Source of the DNA: Candidatus Nomurabacteria bacterium RIFCSPLOWO2_12_FULL_40_42
GTDB lineage: Bacteria; Patescibacteriota; Minisyncoccia; Phycocordibacterales; UBA9973
Length of the DNA stretch: 64,000 nucleotides
Assembly: GCA_001786195.1 (NCBI GenBank)
Contig: MFVS01000008.1
Location: forward strand, 21,057 to 85,056
Direction of reading: 5' to 3'
Shown here: in pieces, positions 55,044 to 64,000 of the stretch
Position numbering within the stretch: the first letter of the stretch is position 1
How the letters are laid out: each line of letters begins with the position of its first letter
Notes under the pieces: generated by a model
What the model was told of the DNA's origin: nothing
Databases searched by the model: none
What the model saw: only the letters and a program-made list of their open reading frames with translations
Program-made: the position numbers and the translations under genes

Positions 55044-55385
55044 ATGAATAAAAAACAAAATGTCAAAAATAAATACGTTTTTACCAAGGAAGAGATTGGC
55101 GAATTTAGACCAGTTAGTTTTAGGAAACATTTTAAAGAATCAATGAAAGATCAAAAGTTTCATGAAGGATATAAAAAGATTGAGCCAGAATATGCAATTA
55201 TCCGGGCTATTATCGAAGCTCGCATCAAGAAAAATATCTCTCAAAAAATGCTTGCCAAAAGACTTGGCACTGGACAGTCTGCAATTTCGCGTTTGGAATC
55301 TGGTACTTATAATCCAACTTTTAAATTTGCCCAAAAACTTGCCAAAGCGCTTGAGACCGACCTGACTTTTACCTTCAGCAAGTAA
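55044..55385 (+). CDS. XRE-family HTH protein (HigA-like)
   Basis: ISQKMLAKRLGTGQSAISRLESG helix-turn-helix. Confidence 0.7.
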   Translation: MNKKQNVKNKYVFTKEEIGEFRPVSFRKHFKESMKDQKFHEGYKKIEPEYAIIRAIIEARIKKNISQKMLAKRLGTGQSAISRLESGTYNPTFKFAQKLAKALETDLTFTFSK

Positions 55386-55386
55386 A

Positions 55387-55809
55387 ATGCAAATCAAAAT
55401 CAAAAAACTAAAAAGTAATGCGAAATTGCCGAAGTATCATCATCCGGGGGATGTGGGGATGGATCTTTATGCCATGGAGACGGTGACGGTCAAGCCCGGA
55501 GAGCATTACCATTTCTGGCACGGGTTTGCTTTAGAATTTCCGGAAGGCTACGGGGCGATAATTATGGATAAAAGTGGTATTTCCAAAGCGGGGTTGAAAA
55601 GCATGGGTGGAGTTTATGATGCAGGATACAGAGGAGAATATAATACACATTTAGTAAATTTATCTGATAAGAGTTATACTTTTGAAGAAGGTGACAAAGT
55701 TGCGCAATTGGTGATCGTGCCGGTGGTGATTGCAAAATTAAAAGAGGTTCAGAAATTGAGCGATTCCGCTCGCGGTGAAGGAAAATTTGGGAGCACCGGA
55801 AGAAAATAA
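55387..55809 (+). CDS. dut: dUTP diphosphatase
   Basis: GDVGMDLYA...IIMDKSGISKAGL...AGYRGE...VAQLVI...SARGEGKFGSTG are the dUTPase motifs. Confidence 0.85.
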   Translation: MQIKIKKLKSNAKLPKYHHPGDVGMDLYAMETVTVKPGEHYHFWHGFALEFPEGYGAIIMDKSGISKAGLKSMGGVYDAGYRGEYNTHLVNLSDKSYTFEEGDKVAQLVIVPVVIAKLKEVQKLSDSARGEGKFGSTGRK

Positions 55810-55810
55810 A

Positions 55811-57604
55811 ATGCAAGATAAAATTAAAAATTTAATCAAAGACGCTCTACAAAATCTCGGTATTGAAGCGAGCGAGATTGCCTTGGAACACCCGGCGGAT
55901 TTGAAGATGGGAGACTATTCGACGAATGTCGCCATGGCCATCGCCAAAAATGTCAAAAGTAACCCAAAAGATCTCGCCAAAAAAATAGTTACTGAAATAT
56001 TGAGGTTAAATTTGGATAAGTATATCGAAAAAGTGGAAGTCGCCGGCGCGGGCTTCATAAATTTTTATTTGTCGCGTAAATTTTTCGGCAATAGCATTGA
56101 AGAAATTTTAAATCAAGGAGAAAATGTCGGCAAGAATGAAATTTTGGCCAAGGAAAAAACAAAAGAAAAAATAATGGTTGAATATACCGATCCGAATCCT
56201 TTCAAACCCTTCCATATTGGCCACTTGATGACGAACGCTATTGGTGAATCGGTGGCGAGAATTCTGGAACACTCCGGCGCCGAGGTAACACGCGCCAATT
56301 ATCAAGGCGATATCGGTTTGCATGTGGCCAAGGCTATCTATGGGCTTTTGAAAAACCCCCTCCGCCCAGAAAATTCTGGGCACCTCCCCCTTGGCAAGGT
56401 GGAGGAAGGTGGGGGTGAATCTGTATCAGTATTGGCTCAGCATATCGGCAAAGCTTACGCAGAAGGCGCTTTGCTTTATGAAACTGATGAAGCAGTTAAA
56501 GCCGAAATAGATGAAATAAATAAAAAAATATATAACAGAGGGGATGAAAAAATAAATAAAATATATGATTGGGGTTTCAAGGTGACGATGGATGCCTTCG
56601 AAGATCTTTATAAATTACTCGGCACCAAATTTGATTTCTATTTTTTGGAGAGCCAGATGGCGCCGATTGGGGAAGAGATCGTGCGCGCGAATATGGGAAA
56701 AGCCAGAGATCCTGAGCATGGTCGAAGGATATTTGAAGAGTCCGATGGAGCAGTGGTGTTCAAGGCTGAAAAGCATGATCCAAAACTTCATACCCGAGTT
56801 TTCATCACGAGCGGAGGCTTACCGACTTACGAGACCAAGGAGCTAGGATTGACCGAAGATAAATTTCGAACCGAACCAAATCTAGATCTTTCGATTATCG
56901 TCACCGCCAATGAACAAATGGACTATATGAAAGTCGTCGCCAAGGCTGTTTCTCTAATCAAACCGGAACACGAGAAAAAAATGTTTCATATTTCGCACGG
57001 CATGATGCGGCTCTCGGGAGGTAAAATGAGTTCCAGGAAGGGCAATGTAGTGACTGGAGAATCCTTGATTCGCGATACGATTGCTTTAATTGGAGAAAAA
57101 ATGCGGGAGCGTGATTGGGACGAAAAGGAGAAAAGTAAGGTGGCCGAGATGGTTGGCGTGGCGGCGATAAAATATTCGATTCTGCGTTCAGCCTCTGGGA
57201 GCGATATCGTCTACAACGTCGAAGAATCAATTTCCGTCGATGGAGATTCCGGCCCGTATTTGCAATATTCCTTTGCCCGCGCCAATTCGGTTTTAGAAAA
57301 AGCGAAAGTAGAAAATATCTTGCCGGACCCGCATGCATTTCCGGGAGAGGTTTTTGAAGTGGAAAAATTGTTGTATAAATTTCCGGAAGTTGTCTTGCGC
57401 TCTGCCAAGGAATATGAGCCGCACTATATTGCCAACTATTTAATCGAAGTCGCCCGGGTCTTTAATAGTTTTTATGGCAATAATTTAATTGTGAGTAAAG
57501 AAGATAAAAATTCGGGGTATAAAGTGGCTCTAACTTTTGCCTTTTCTTTTGTGATGAAAACTGGTTTGTATCTCTTGGGTATTCAAGCGCCAGCGAAAAT
57601 GTAA
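55811..57604 (+). CDS. argS: arginine--tRNA ligase
   Basis: DPNPFKPFHIGHLMTNAIGE HIGH region, DALR anticodon-binding C-terminus. Start at ATG 55811. GC-rich insert at 56381-56417 (HLPLGKVEEGGGES). Confidence 0.9.
   Translation: MQDKIKNLIKDALQNLGIEASEIALEHPADLKMGDYSTNVAMAIAKNVKSNPKDLAKKIVTEILRLNLDKYIEKVEVAGAGFINFYLSRKFFGNSIEEILNQGENVGKNEILAKEKTKEKIMVEYTDPNPFKPFHIGHLMTNAIGESVARILEHSGAEVTRANYQGDIGLHVAKAIYGLLKNPLRPENSGHLPLGKVEEGGGESVSVLAQHIGKAYAEGALLYETDEAVKAEIDEINKKIYNRGDEKINKIYDWGFKVTMDAFEDLYKLLGTKFDFYFLESQMAPIGEEIVRANMGKARDPEHGRRIFEESDGAVVFKAEKHDPKLHTRVFITSGGLPTYETKELGLTEDKFRTEPNLDLSIIVTANEQMDYMKVVAKAVSLIKPEHEKKMFHISHGMMRLSGGKMSSRKGNVVTGESLIRDTIALIGEKMRERDWDEKEKSKVAEMVGVAAIKYSILRSASGSDIVYNVEESISVDGDSGPYLQYSFARANSVLEKAKVENILPDPHAFPGEVFEVEKLLYKFPEVVLRSAKEYEPHYIANYLIEVARVFNSFYGNNLIVSKEDKNSGYKVALTFAFSFVMKTGLYLLGIQAPAKM
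56381..56417. repeat. GC-rich palindromic in-frame insert in argS
   Basis: CACCTCCCCCTTGGCAAGGTGGAGGAAGGTGGGGGTG, preceded by the CCCAGAAAATTCTGGG palindrome. Encodes HLPLGKVEEGGGES. Confidence 0.55.
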
Positions 57605-57607
57605 TTT

Positions 57608-59350
57608 ATGACCCAAGATCAGGCTTTAAATATTTTAAAAACCGGTGCCAATGTTTTTCTAACTGGCGAGCCGGGGGCGGGGAAGACGCATACCATAAAT
57701 AATTTTGTAAATTATCTGCGCGACTGCGATATTGAGCCGGCGATCACAGCTTCGACCGGTATCGCAGCGACGCATATCGGCGGAATGACGATTCATTCTT
57801 GGAGCGGCATTGGCATTCGGACCAAACTCGACAAATATGACTTGGATAAAATCGCGAGCAGTGAATATATTGTAAAGCGGGTCAATCGAACCAAGGTTTT
57901 GATTATTGATGAGATTTCCATGCTCTCGACGAATATGCTCGAGATGGTGGATCTGGTTTGCCGGGAAATCAGACAGAGCAGCGAGCCCTTTGGTGGTATT
58001 CAAATTATTCTGGTTGGCGATTTTTTCCAGCTGCCACCGATTACTAAAAGAGACGAAAGTGTTAAACAAAATTCACTGATTGCGGAAGTCGGATTTCCGC
58101 GTTTTGCTTACCATTTCGGAGCTTGGGAGCGCTCGCGGCTCGTAGTGTGCTATTTGAGCGAACAACACCGCCAGGATGATGCGGATTTTCTTTCCGTGCT
58201 TTCGGGCATCCGGGCGAACAATGTTTCGGAAATGCATCGGAATCATCTCCAGACTCGGCATATTCGCACGGATAAGCTTCCAGAAAACATTCAGAATATT
58301 ACCAAACTTTTTTCGCACAATGTGGATGTGGATCGGGTCAACAACGAAGAGCTAGCCAAATTGAATACCGAAAGGAAATTATTCCGAATGTCCGGGAGTG
58401 GAAATGAAAAAGTAGTCGAGACTCTCAAGAAGGGCTGCTTGTCGCCGGAGAATTTGGAACTCAAAATCGGCGCGGTGGTGATGTGCACCAAGAATAATCC
58501 GAAAGAGAGGTTTGTAAATGGCACTCTCGGCATTGTGGTTGGTTACGAAGAATTTAGCGGCTATCCGATTATCAAAACTCGAAATGGACGGAGCATCAAG
58601 GTGGCGCCGATGGATTGGAGCGTGGAAGAAAACGGCAAAATTCGGGCGCAGATTACCCAGGTGCCGCTCCGGCTGGCCTGGGCGATCACCGTGCACAAGA
58701 GCCAGGGGATGAGCATGGACGCCGCGGTGATGGATTTGTCGCAAGTGTTTGAGTTTGGGCAGGGGTATGTGGCGCTCTCGCGGGTGCGCCGGCTCTCGGG
58801 CCTGTATCTTCTCGGCATAAATGCTCACGCGCTCAAAGTGCATCCGGAAATTTTGCAAAAAGATATCGATTTTAAAAATAAATCAGATGAAGCGGTAAAA
58901 GTTTTCGGTAAAATTTTGGAAGCGGATTTAAAAAAGATGCATGAAAGTTTTGTGGTGACTTGCGGAGGAAAGATCAAAACTAAATCCGGAGGAAAACACC
59001 ACTTGGAGGCAAGGCCTCCAAGTGGTGTAAATATAAAAAAAGAAAGAAGATGGGAACAAACTCTATCCTTCATACAAGATGGTAAAAGTATTTTAGAAGT
59101 AGCACATTTGCGTGGTAGAAAAGAAGAAACAATTATAGAACATCTAGAAGAATTAAAAAAGATTGGAAAGTTGACGGAAGAAACGAAGAATATTTTAAAG
59201 TTAAAAATTACCAAAGAGCAAGAAGATCAAATAAACAAAGTTCGTTTATCTATGCTTTTGCTGGGTGCGGAGCTACTTAAACCAATATATGATCACTTTG
59301 GTGGGAAAATTTCATATGAGAATATTCGTTTGGCTCGACTTTTGTCCTAA
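57608..59350 (+). CDS. Pif1/RecD-like SF1 DNA helicase
   Basis: VFLTGEPGAGKTHTI Walker A, LIIDEISML Walker B, ITVHKSQGM motif. C-terminal helical extension. Confidence 0.7.
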   Translation: MTQDQALNILKTGANVFLTGEPGAGKTHTINNFVNYLRDCDIEPAITASTGIAATHIGGMTIHSWSGIGIRTKLDKYDLDKIASSEYIVKRVNRTKVLIIDEISMLSTNMLEMVDLVCREIRQSSEPFGGIQIILVGDFFQLPPITKRDESVKQNSLIAEVGFPRFAYHFGAWERSRLVVCYLSEQHRQDDADFLSVLSGIRANNVSEMHRNHLQTRHIRTDKLPENIQNITKLFSHNVDVDRVNNEELAKLNTERKLFRMSGSGNEKVVETLKKGCLSPENLELKIGAVVMCTKNNPKERFVNGTLGIVVGYEEFSGYPIIKTRNGRSIKVAPMDWSVEENGKIRAQITQVPLRLAWAITVHKSQGMSMDAAVMDLSQVFEFGQGYVALSRVRRLSGLYLLGINAHALKVHPEILQKDIDFKNKSDEAVKVFGKILEADLKKMHESFVVTCGGKIKTKSGGKHHLEARPPSGVNIKKERRWEQTLSFIQDGKSILEVAHLRGRKEETIIEHLEELKKIGKLTEETKNILKLKITKEQEDQINKVRLSMLLLGAELLKPIYDHFGGKISYENIRLARLLS

Positions 59351-59496
59351 TATAGGTTTCCATAAACTAGCATACTGGTATGCTAATATTAAAAGAAAAT
59401 AGGAATGTGCAAGAATCGTTCTTGCGCAAACTTGTGTAAAGAAAAATAGTTATCCACAGCTATTTCTTGAATAATTTAAACCCAATAATATAATTA

Positions 59497-62400
59497 TTGA
59501 TAATGCCCACAATTAAACGCTTGCGTTTTTTGTTTCTCATTATCATTATTTTTATCAGCGTTTTTTATTTCTCTTCTTCCCCTTCGAAAGTTTTTGCTTC
59601 GACTATAGTGGAGGCGGATATCATCGCAGATACCACTTGGACGAAAGGAAATAGCCCGTATGTTATAAGTAATTACATTGATGTGGTTGCGGGCGCTACC
59701 TTAACAATCGATCCGGGTGTCATAGTAAAATTTGATTACGATAGTAGTCTGGATGTTTTGGGTTCGATTGAAGTGAATGGCACTGCTTCAGAGAAAGTTT
59801 CTGTGAGTTCGCTGTATGATTCGATCGGGGTGGATCTGTACAACGACTGCCTGGAATACATGCCGGACCTCGTCCCCGAAGAGGGAGTTGAGCCTTGCGC
59901 CAATACCAATCAAGATGAAGTTGATTTTCCGTGGCTGTTTGAAGCTGGCGGAATATATTTAGACGGCGCTTCAGATTCTTCTTTTCAAAGTGTTTTATTC
60001 TCCCACTTGGAATATGGTCTATATTTTGATAACACTCCCGGTACCGTGGAGAACATAGAAATTGCAGATAGCCCTTACGGAATCACTGTATACGGTTCTG
60101 ATGTAAGTATATCAGATTCAACCTTTGAAAATATTTACGACGAGGATGCCATTGTGTTGGATAGCCGCGGTATTGCCGAGATCTCTAATATTCAGGTCAA
60201 AAGCAGTTTCGACTACGGAGCTTTAACTTTGTATGGGAGTAAAGCGCATATCGTTGATTCCGTTTTCGAAGGCGTGAGAGAGGTGGATGAAGACGGCTAT
60301 ATCAGTCAAAGCGACAGCGCCATAGAAATATATGATGAGGAAACTTATGATCGTGTGTTGCGCGCGCGAGTGGTAACTTATCAGTCGGAATTAAACGCTT
60401 CTGGCTTAAAAATAAGCGGTCATGAGACTGGTCTTGAGTTTTACGGCGGCATGGTAAATATAGAAAAAACAAAAATTTTTCAAAATTATTATGGACTGGA
60501 AGCATATTTAAACGATGGATCGATAGTGACTATAACAGAGAGTAGCATTGTGGACAATGATTATGCTACTTATATTTCGAGAGAGGGCACAATAAATGCT
60601 ATTAATAATTATTGGGGCGATCCGACCGGGCCGTTTGAAGATGAGCTCAACCCAGGGGGCTTGGGCGGTGTCATTGAACACTATGAAAATAATATAACTT
60701 TTATTCCTTGGCTTACGAGCGATCCGCTCGAGAAGCCGGTCTGTTGCTCCAGTGTGCTGTTTTTGCCGGGCATCAAGGGAAGCATTCTCGAAAAAGGTTC
60801 CGATATGCTTTGGCCACCGACTGCATTTAGTTTAAATGATGTAAACCAACTAGCGCTCACAAGCGATGGCGCAAGTGTTAACGACATTCACACGGATGGC
60901 GTTCTAAATACCTTTAAAGGCACTCCTATATATGCTCCTTTTTCAAACTTCATGGATGGGCTGGTTGCCGATAACACAATTAAAGAATGGTTGCCCCTTG
61001 CCTATGATTGGAGATTTTCGCCAGAGACAATTCTAGCAGACGGCATAAAAACAAAAAATGAAACGATAAATGTCATTGAAAAAATAAAAACACTTGCTCA
61101 AAATTCAAAAAACGGAAAAATCACAATTGTTGCCCATTCTATGGGTGGTCTTTTAGGAAAAGCGATTATTAAAAAACTCTCGGAAGAGGGAAAAGATAAT
61201 TTGATCGATTCTTTTGTGATGGTTGGCTCACCCCAGCTCGGCACGCCGCAAGCCATCGCTTCAATACTGCATGGCGACGATGAAGGCATTCCGCCAGTTG
61301 CTGGGTTCATAGTGAATCCGATAGGCATACGCCGAATAGCGCAGAATATGCCGAGCGCCTACAACTTGCTTCCTTCTCCGCAATATTTTTCTTCAGTGTC
61401 GGATCCAGTAATTAAGTTTAATTCCGAGGCGTCGTTTACCAAGCCTTGGCGGGATTTCTGGGGAGCAACCATTAGTACTTATCCGAAGTTTTTGGAATTT
61501 ATGACTGGCACGGGCGTGACGCGCGCCAAACCAGTGGAACAAAAGCTACCGGATCCGGAAGTTTTGAGCTCTATATTTATGACCAATGCAGCTAATTTTC
61601 ATAACCTATATGACAATTATCAATTCCCCGATCATATCCGCGTAGTGCAAGTCGCAGGGTGGGGCAGCCCGACGGTAAAAGCTGTTGAGTATAAAAATTA
61701 TCACGGATATCCGAGTTATGAAGTGAGTTTTACTCGTGAAGGAGACAGGACGGTTGTTTATCCGAGCGCAATTTCCTCCGTGGCTGATGAGACATATTTT
61801 TTCAATCTTTTTGAATACAATAAACTTTTAAATTCTAATACTCAGCATCGAGACCTATTAAGTGCTAGTCCAGTTCAAACTCTTTTTACTTCTATAGTCA
61901 AGAAAGAAGATGTTTTGGAAAATAATTTCATCCTAACTGCAAAACCACAAGTTGTAGATTTAACAGATCAACTTGTTGTTAGCACTCATTCTCCCGTCAT
62001 TCTCGGCGCATACGATCAACTTGGAAATTTCACTGGAATTAATCCAAACCAAAATCTATCTGCTGACTTTCTTTCTATCTCCGAGAATATACCAGGAAGC
62101 GCATTTATCTATACCAGCGAAAGCCAGAATATCTTTCTGCCGAAAGAAGGCAATTACAATTTTGTTTACAAAGGAACTGGCAATGGATCAACTACCGTAG
62201 AAATTGATAATTTTTCTGCAGATATGTCGACTCCAGTAGCTTCGTATACAGACATTCCAACAACTTCAAATACTAAAGCGGCTTTTACGGTACAAAGCTC
62301 TGCACCGGAGAATACTGAGATAGCGCTTGATGCAAATGGCGACGGCACAACAGATGAAGTAGTTCTGGCAGACGGCGTTGAATTATCTCTAAACCAGCTC

Positions 62401-62883
62401 ATTACGCTTATTAAAGAAAAAATCTCTACGCTTAGCATCAAAGACAAACTCAAGCAAAATCTCTTAAAGCAAATAGCCAACCTCGAGAAAAAAATTGAGA
62501 ATAAAAAGCAAAAGAATATAAAAATACTTGCCAATTTGGACAAGAAAATATCTAAACAAGAAATGAAGGGGAAAATAAGCACGGCTGATGCTGCTGAAAT
62601 CACCAACTTACTTGACCTTCTAGAAGCGCAATCGGAAAACATTGCGCTTGACCCTACGATACTTGCTAGTTTGAAGACAAAGATACAATCTCTTAACGTC
62701 AAGGCTAATTTGAAGAATGATCTATTGAAGCGGGTCGAAAAACTTGAAAAGAAAGGAGTAATTATTAAAACTCTTTCCAATTTGTCAAAGAATATTATCA
62801 AGAAAGCCGGAAATGGTAAAATTGCCGACGCCGACGCGCAGGCGCTGATTGATCTGCTTAATCAAATTGAAGGCGTGATATAA
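59497..62883 (+). CDS. large secreted protein: parallel beta-helix region plus lipase-like alpha/beta-hydrolase domain plus coiled-coil repeats
   Basis: Signal peptide. Repetitive right-handed beta-helix-like N-terminal half. VAHSMGGLLGKAI (GxSxG lipase motif). Two C-terminal coiled-coil repeats ending ...IDLLNQIEG. Confidence 0.5.
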   Translation: MIMPTIKRLRFLFLIIIIFISVFYFSSSPSKVFASTIVEADIIADTTWTKGNSPYVISNYIDVVAGATLTIDPGVIVKFDYDSSLDVLGSIEVNGTASEKVSVSSLYDSIGVDLYNDCLEYMPDLVPEEGVEPCANTNQDEVDFPWLFEAGGIYLDGASDSSFQSVLFSHLEYGLYFDNTPGTVENIEIADSPYGITVYGSDVSISDSTFENIYDEDAIVLDSRGIAEISNIQVKSSFDYGALTLYGSKAHIVDSVFEGVREVDEDGYISQSDSAIEIYDEETYDRVLRARVVTYQSELNASGLKISGHETGLEFYGGMVNIEKTKIFQNYYGLEAYLNDGSIVTITESSIVDNDYATYISREGTINAINNYWGDPTGPFEDELNPGGLGGVIEHYENNITFIPWLTSDPLEKPVCCSSVLFLPGIKGSILEKGSDMLWPPTAFSLNDVNQLALTSDGASVNDIHTDGVLNTFKGTPIYAPFSNFMDGLVADNTIKEWLPLAYDWRFSPETILADGIKTKNETINVIEKIKTLAQNSKNGKITIVAHSMGGLLGKAIIKKLSEEGKDNLIDSFVMVGSPQLGTPQAIASILHGDDEGIPPVAGFIVNPIGIRRIAQNMPSAYNLLPSPQYFSSVSDPVIKFNSEASFTKPWRDFWGATISTYPKFLEFMTGTGVTRAKPVEQKLPDPEVLSSIFMTNAANFHNLYDNYQFPDHIRVVQVAGWGSPTVKAVEYKNYHGYPSYEVSFTREGDRTVVYPSAISSVADETYFFNLFEYNKLLNSNTQHRDLLSASPVQTLFTSIVKKEDVLENNFILTAKPQVVDLTDQLVVSTHSPVILGAYDQLGNFTGINPNQNLSADFLSISENIPGSAFIYTSESQNIFLPKEGNYNFVYKGTGNGSTTVEIDNFSADMSTPVASYTDIPTTSNTKAAFTVQSSAPENTEIALDANGDGTTDEVVLADGVELSLNQLITLIKEKISTLSIKDKLKQNLLKQIANLEKKIENKKQKNIKILANLDKKISKQEMKGKISTADAAEITNLLDLLEAQSENIALDPTILASLKTKIQSLNVKANLKNDLLKRVEKLEKKGVIIKTLSNLSKNIIKKAGNGKIADADAQALIDLLNQIEGVI

Positions 62884-62892
62884 TATAAACAC

Positions 62893-63294
62893 ATGAATAC
62901 AAAAAAAATCAATTTCGTTTTATTTATTTTTTCTTTAGTGGGTTTGTTGGCAGCTTATCTTATTTTACATTCTGATTTAAATGCTAGCGCTACTGGTGAT
63001 ATCTTAGTAAGATTAGGAAAGAGTTTTTTCTACGGCATGTCTGCCCTAGCACTCATATTCTTAATACTCGCATTTTTACCGCAAGCTTTTCCCGCCTGGA
63101 AAAAATTTGCTATCTGGTTTATACCTCTAGCCACTCTACTTTTTATTTTTTATCCCAACCCCGGCTCCGGCGACTATTTCTCTCCGTATCCTGAACAAGT
63201 TTTCCGATGGGTGAGTATCCTGTATGTGGTTGTCAGTGTTGCGATTATTGCAGTATCTCTTAAAAACAAAAAACAATCTAATTTAGTGCAGTAA
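62893..63294 (+). CDS. small membrane protein
   Basis: 133 aa, 4 hydrophobic helices. Confidence 0.35.
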   Translation: MNTKKINFVLFIFSLVGLLAAYLILHSDLNASATGDILVRLGKSFFYGMSALALIFLILAFLPQAFPAWKKFAIWFIPLATLLFIFYPNPGSGDYFSPYPEQVFRWVSILYVVVSVAIIAVSLKNKKQSNLVQ

Positions 63295-63376
63295 CAGTTA
63301 TGTAATCAATTACGTAATTAAATACGTATTCTAATATTTTCTTGCATCGTAACCCCAAAAATGATCTAATGGAAAA

Positions 63377-64000
63377 GTGAATTTAATTTTAGATGAAAAT
63401 TTAGCAAAACTATATAATAGTAATTCTCAAAAAATGAGAGTTTTGAGCGAGCAGTGGGTGGGTAGTCAGATATATTGTCCAAATTGCGGAAAAGTCGATA
63501 TTGATAAATATTTAAACAACAAACCTGTCGCTGATTTTTACTGCAAAAATTGTTCTGAAGATTTTGAGTTAAAATCCAAGAAAGGAAAAATTGGCAACAA
63601 AGTTTCTGCTGGTGCATATTCAAAAATGATTGAAAGAATAAACTCTACATCAAAGCCCAATTTTTTCTTTATGGGTTATTTAGAATCTCTGTTTGTAAAT
63701 GATTTCTTTGTAATACCCAAACACTTTTTTCTTTCTGAAATAATCGAGAAAAGAAAACCCCTTAAAGAAACTGCGCGTCGAGCAGGATGGATTGGTTCAA
63801 ATATTTTGTTTTCCAAGATACCCAAAGCAGGTCAGATATTTTATATTGAAGACGGAAAAGAAATATCTAAAAAAGAAGTTTTAGAGAAATGGCAAAAAAC
63901 TATTTTTCTAAAAGGAATTAAAAAAGCCGATGCAAAAGGATGGATTTTAGATATTATGAATTGTATTGATTTTTTGAATAAAAAAGAATTTTCTCTGCAA
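63377..64000 (+). CDS. DpnI-like methyl-directed (GmATC) restriction endonuclease, 3'-partial
   Basis: GTG start. NSNSQKMRVLSEQWVGSQIYCPNCG...KPVADFYCKNCSEDFELKSKKG...PNFFFMGY...RKPLKETARRAGWIGSNI tracks S. pneumoniae DpnI almost motif for motif. Runs off the window end. Confidence 0.75.
   Translation, partial: MNLILDENLAKLYNSNSQKMRVLSEQWVGSQIYCPNCGKVDIDKYLNNKPVADFYCKNCSEDFELKSKKGKIGNKVSAGAYSKMIERINSTSKPNFFFMGYLESLFVNDFFVIPKHFFLSEIIEKRKPLKETARRAGWIGSNILFSKIPKAGQIFYIEDGKEISKKEVLEKWQKTIFLKGIKKADAKGWILDIMNCIDFLNKKEFSLQ

Noticed and set aside
15719-59458. Replication origin inferred from DnaA boxes
   Set aside because: The boxes are dispersed over 44 kb, single rather than clustered, and no dnaA, dnaN or AT-rich DNA-unwinding element is adjacent.
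63366-63623. 85-aa minus-strand ORF
   Set aside because: Fully overlapped by the strongly supported DpnI-like reading on the plus strand.

Overview
AT-rich, gene-dense window with many small genes, split genes and surface proteins. By inference it is Candidate Phyla Radiation (Patescibacteria)-like; no database search was run.

Main content, in order:
- **1-10.8 kb (minus strand):** a type IV secretion-like cluster with a VirB2-like pilin, a split VirB4 ATPase, PrgI/VirB3-like and VirB6-like proteins, and an ORF6N gene.
- **10.8-12.0 kb:** an Avd-homologous four-helix-bundle gene and a HEPN/MNT toxin-antitoxin pair.
- **12.4-21.6 kb:** surface and cell-wall proteins, housekeeping genes (rsmA, pcrA/uvrD) and a ZIP transporter.
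- **21.6-24.8 kb:** a cluster of four tRNAs, all lacking an encoded CCA. It also holds yraN, an HNH endonuclease ORF that reads through tRNA-Arg, and the CCA-adding enzyme gene next to it.
- **24.9-28.7 kb:** a Cys-rich tandem zinc-ribbon protein, a hypothetical membrane protein, xth and a SAM-dependent methyltransferase.
- **29.1-31.3 kb:** a XerC/D-type tyrosine recombinase interrupted by a full intein with a LAGLIDADG homing endonuclease.
- **31.4-39.3 kb:** rpsO with a recognisable promoter, a NYN/LabA gene and a type IV pilus operon (pilB, pilC, three prepilins and a large minor-pilin-like protein).
- **39.3-41.1 kb:** tpiA and pgk.
- **41.2-43.6 kb:** a complete diversity-generating retroelement. 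It has a consensus promoter, a small GC-rich target gene with a 3' variable repeat, and a template repeat that differs almost only at its adenines. It also has an Avd gene on the opposite strand and a DGR-type reverse transcriptase.
- **43.6-51.5 kb:** HIT, recJ, rnhA and a ComEC gene split into two ORFs by a divergent SOD gene. A ~2.1 kb islet carrying a Panacea/SocA-like pair sits between degenerate direct repeats.
- **51.5-59.4 kb:** glyA, NUDIX, a wHTH/Cas2-like-fold gene flanked by hairpin repeats, DNPH1-like, tmk, an XRE HTH gene, dut, argS and a Pif1-like helicase.
- **59.5-64.0 kb:** a 1128-aa secreted beta-helix/lipase-like protein and a DpnI-like methyl-directed restriction endonuclease, 3'-partial at the window edge.

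A family of short GC-rich palindromic elements is inserted in-frame into at least six genes, each encoding a PLGGGG / EEGGGGE-like peptide.

No rRNA and no CRISPR array were found.
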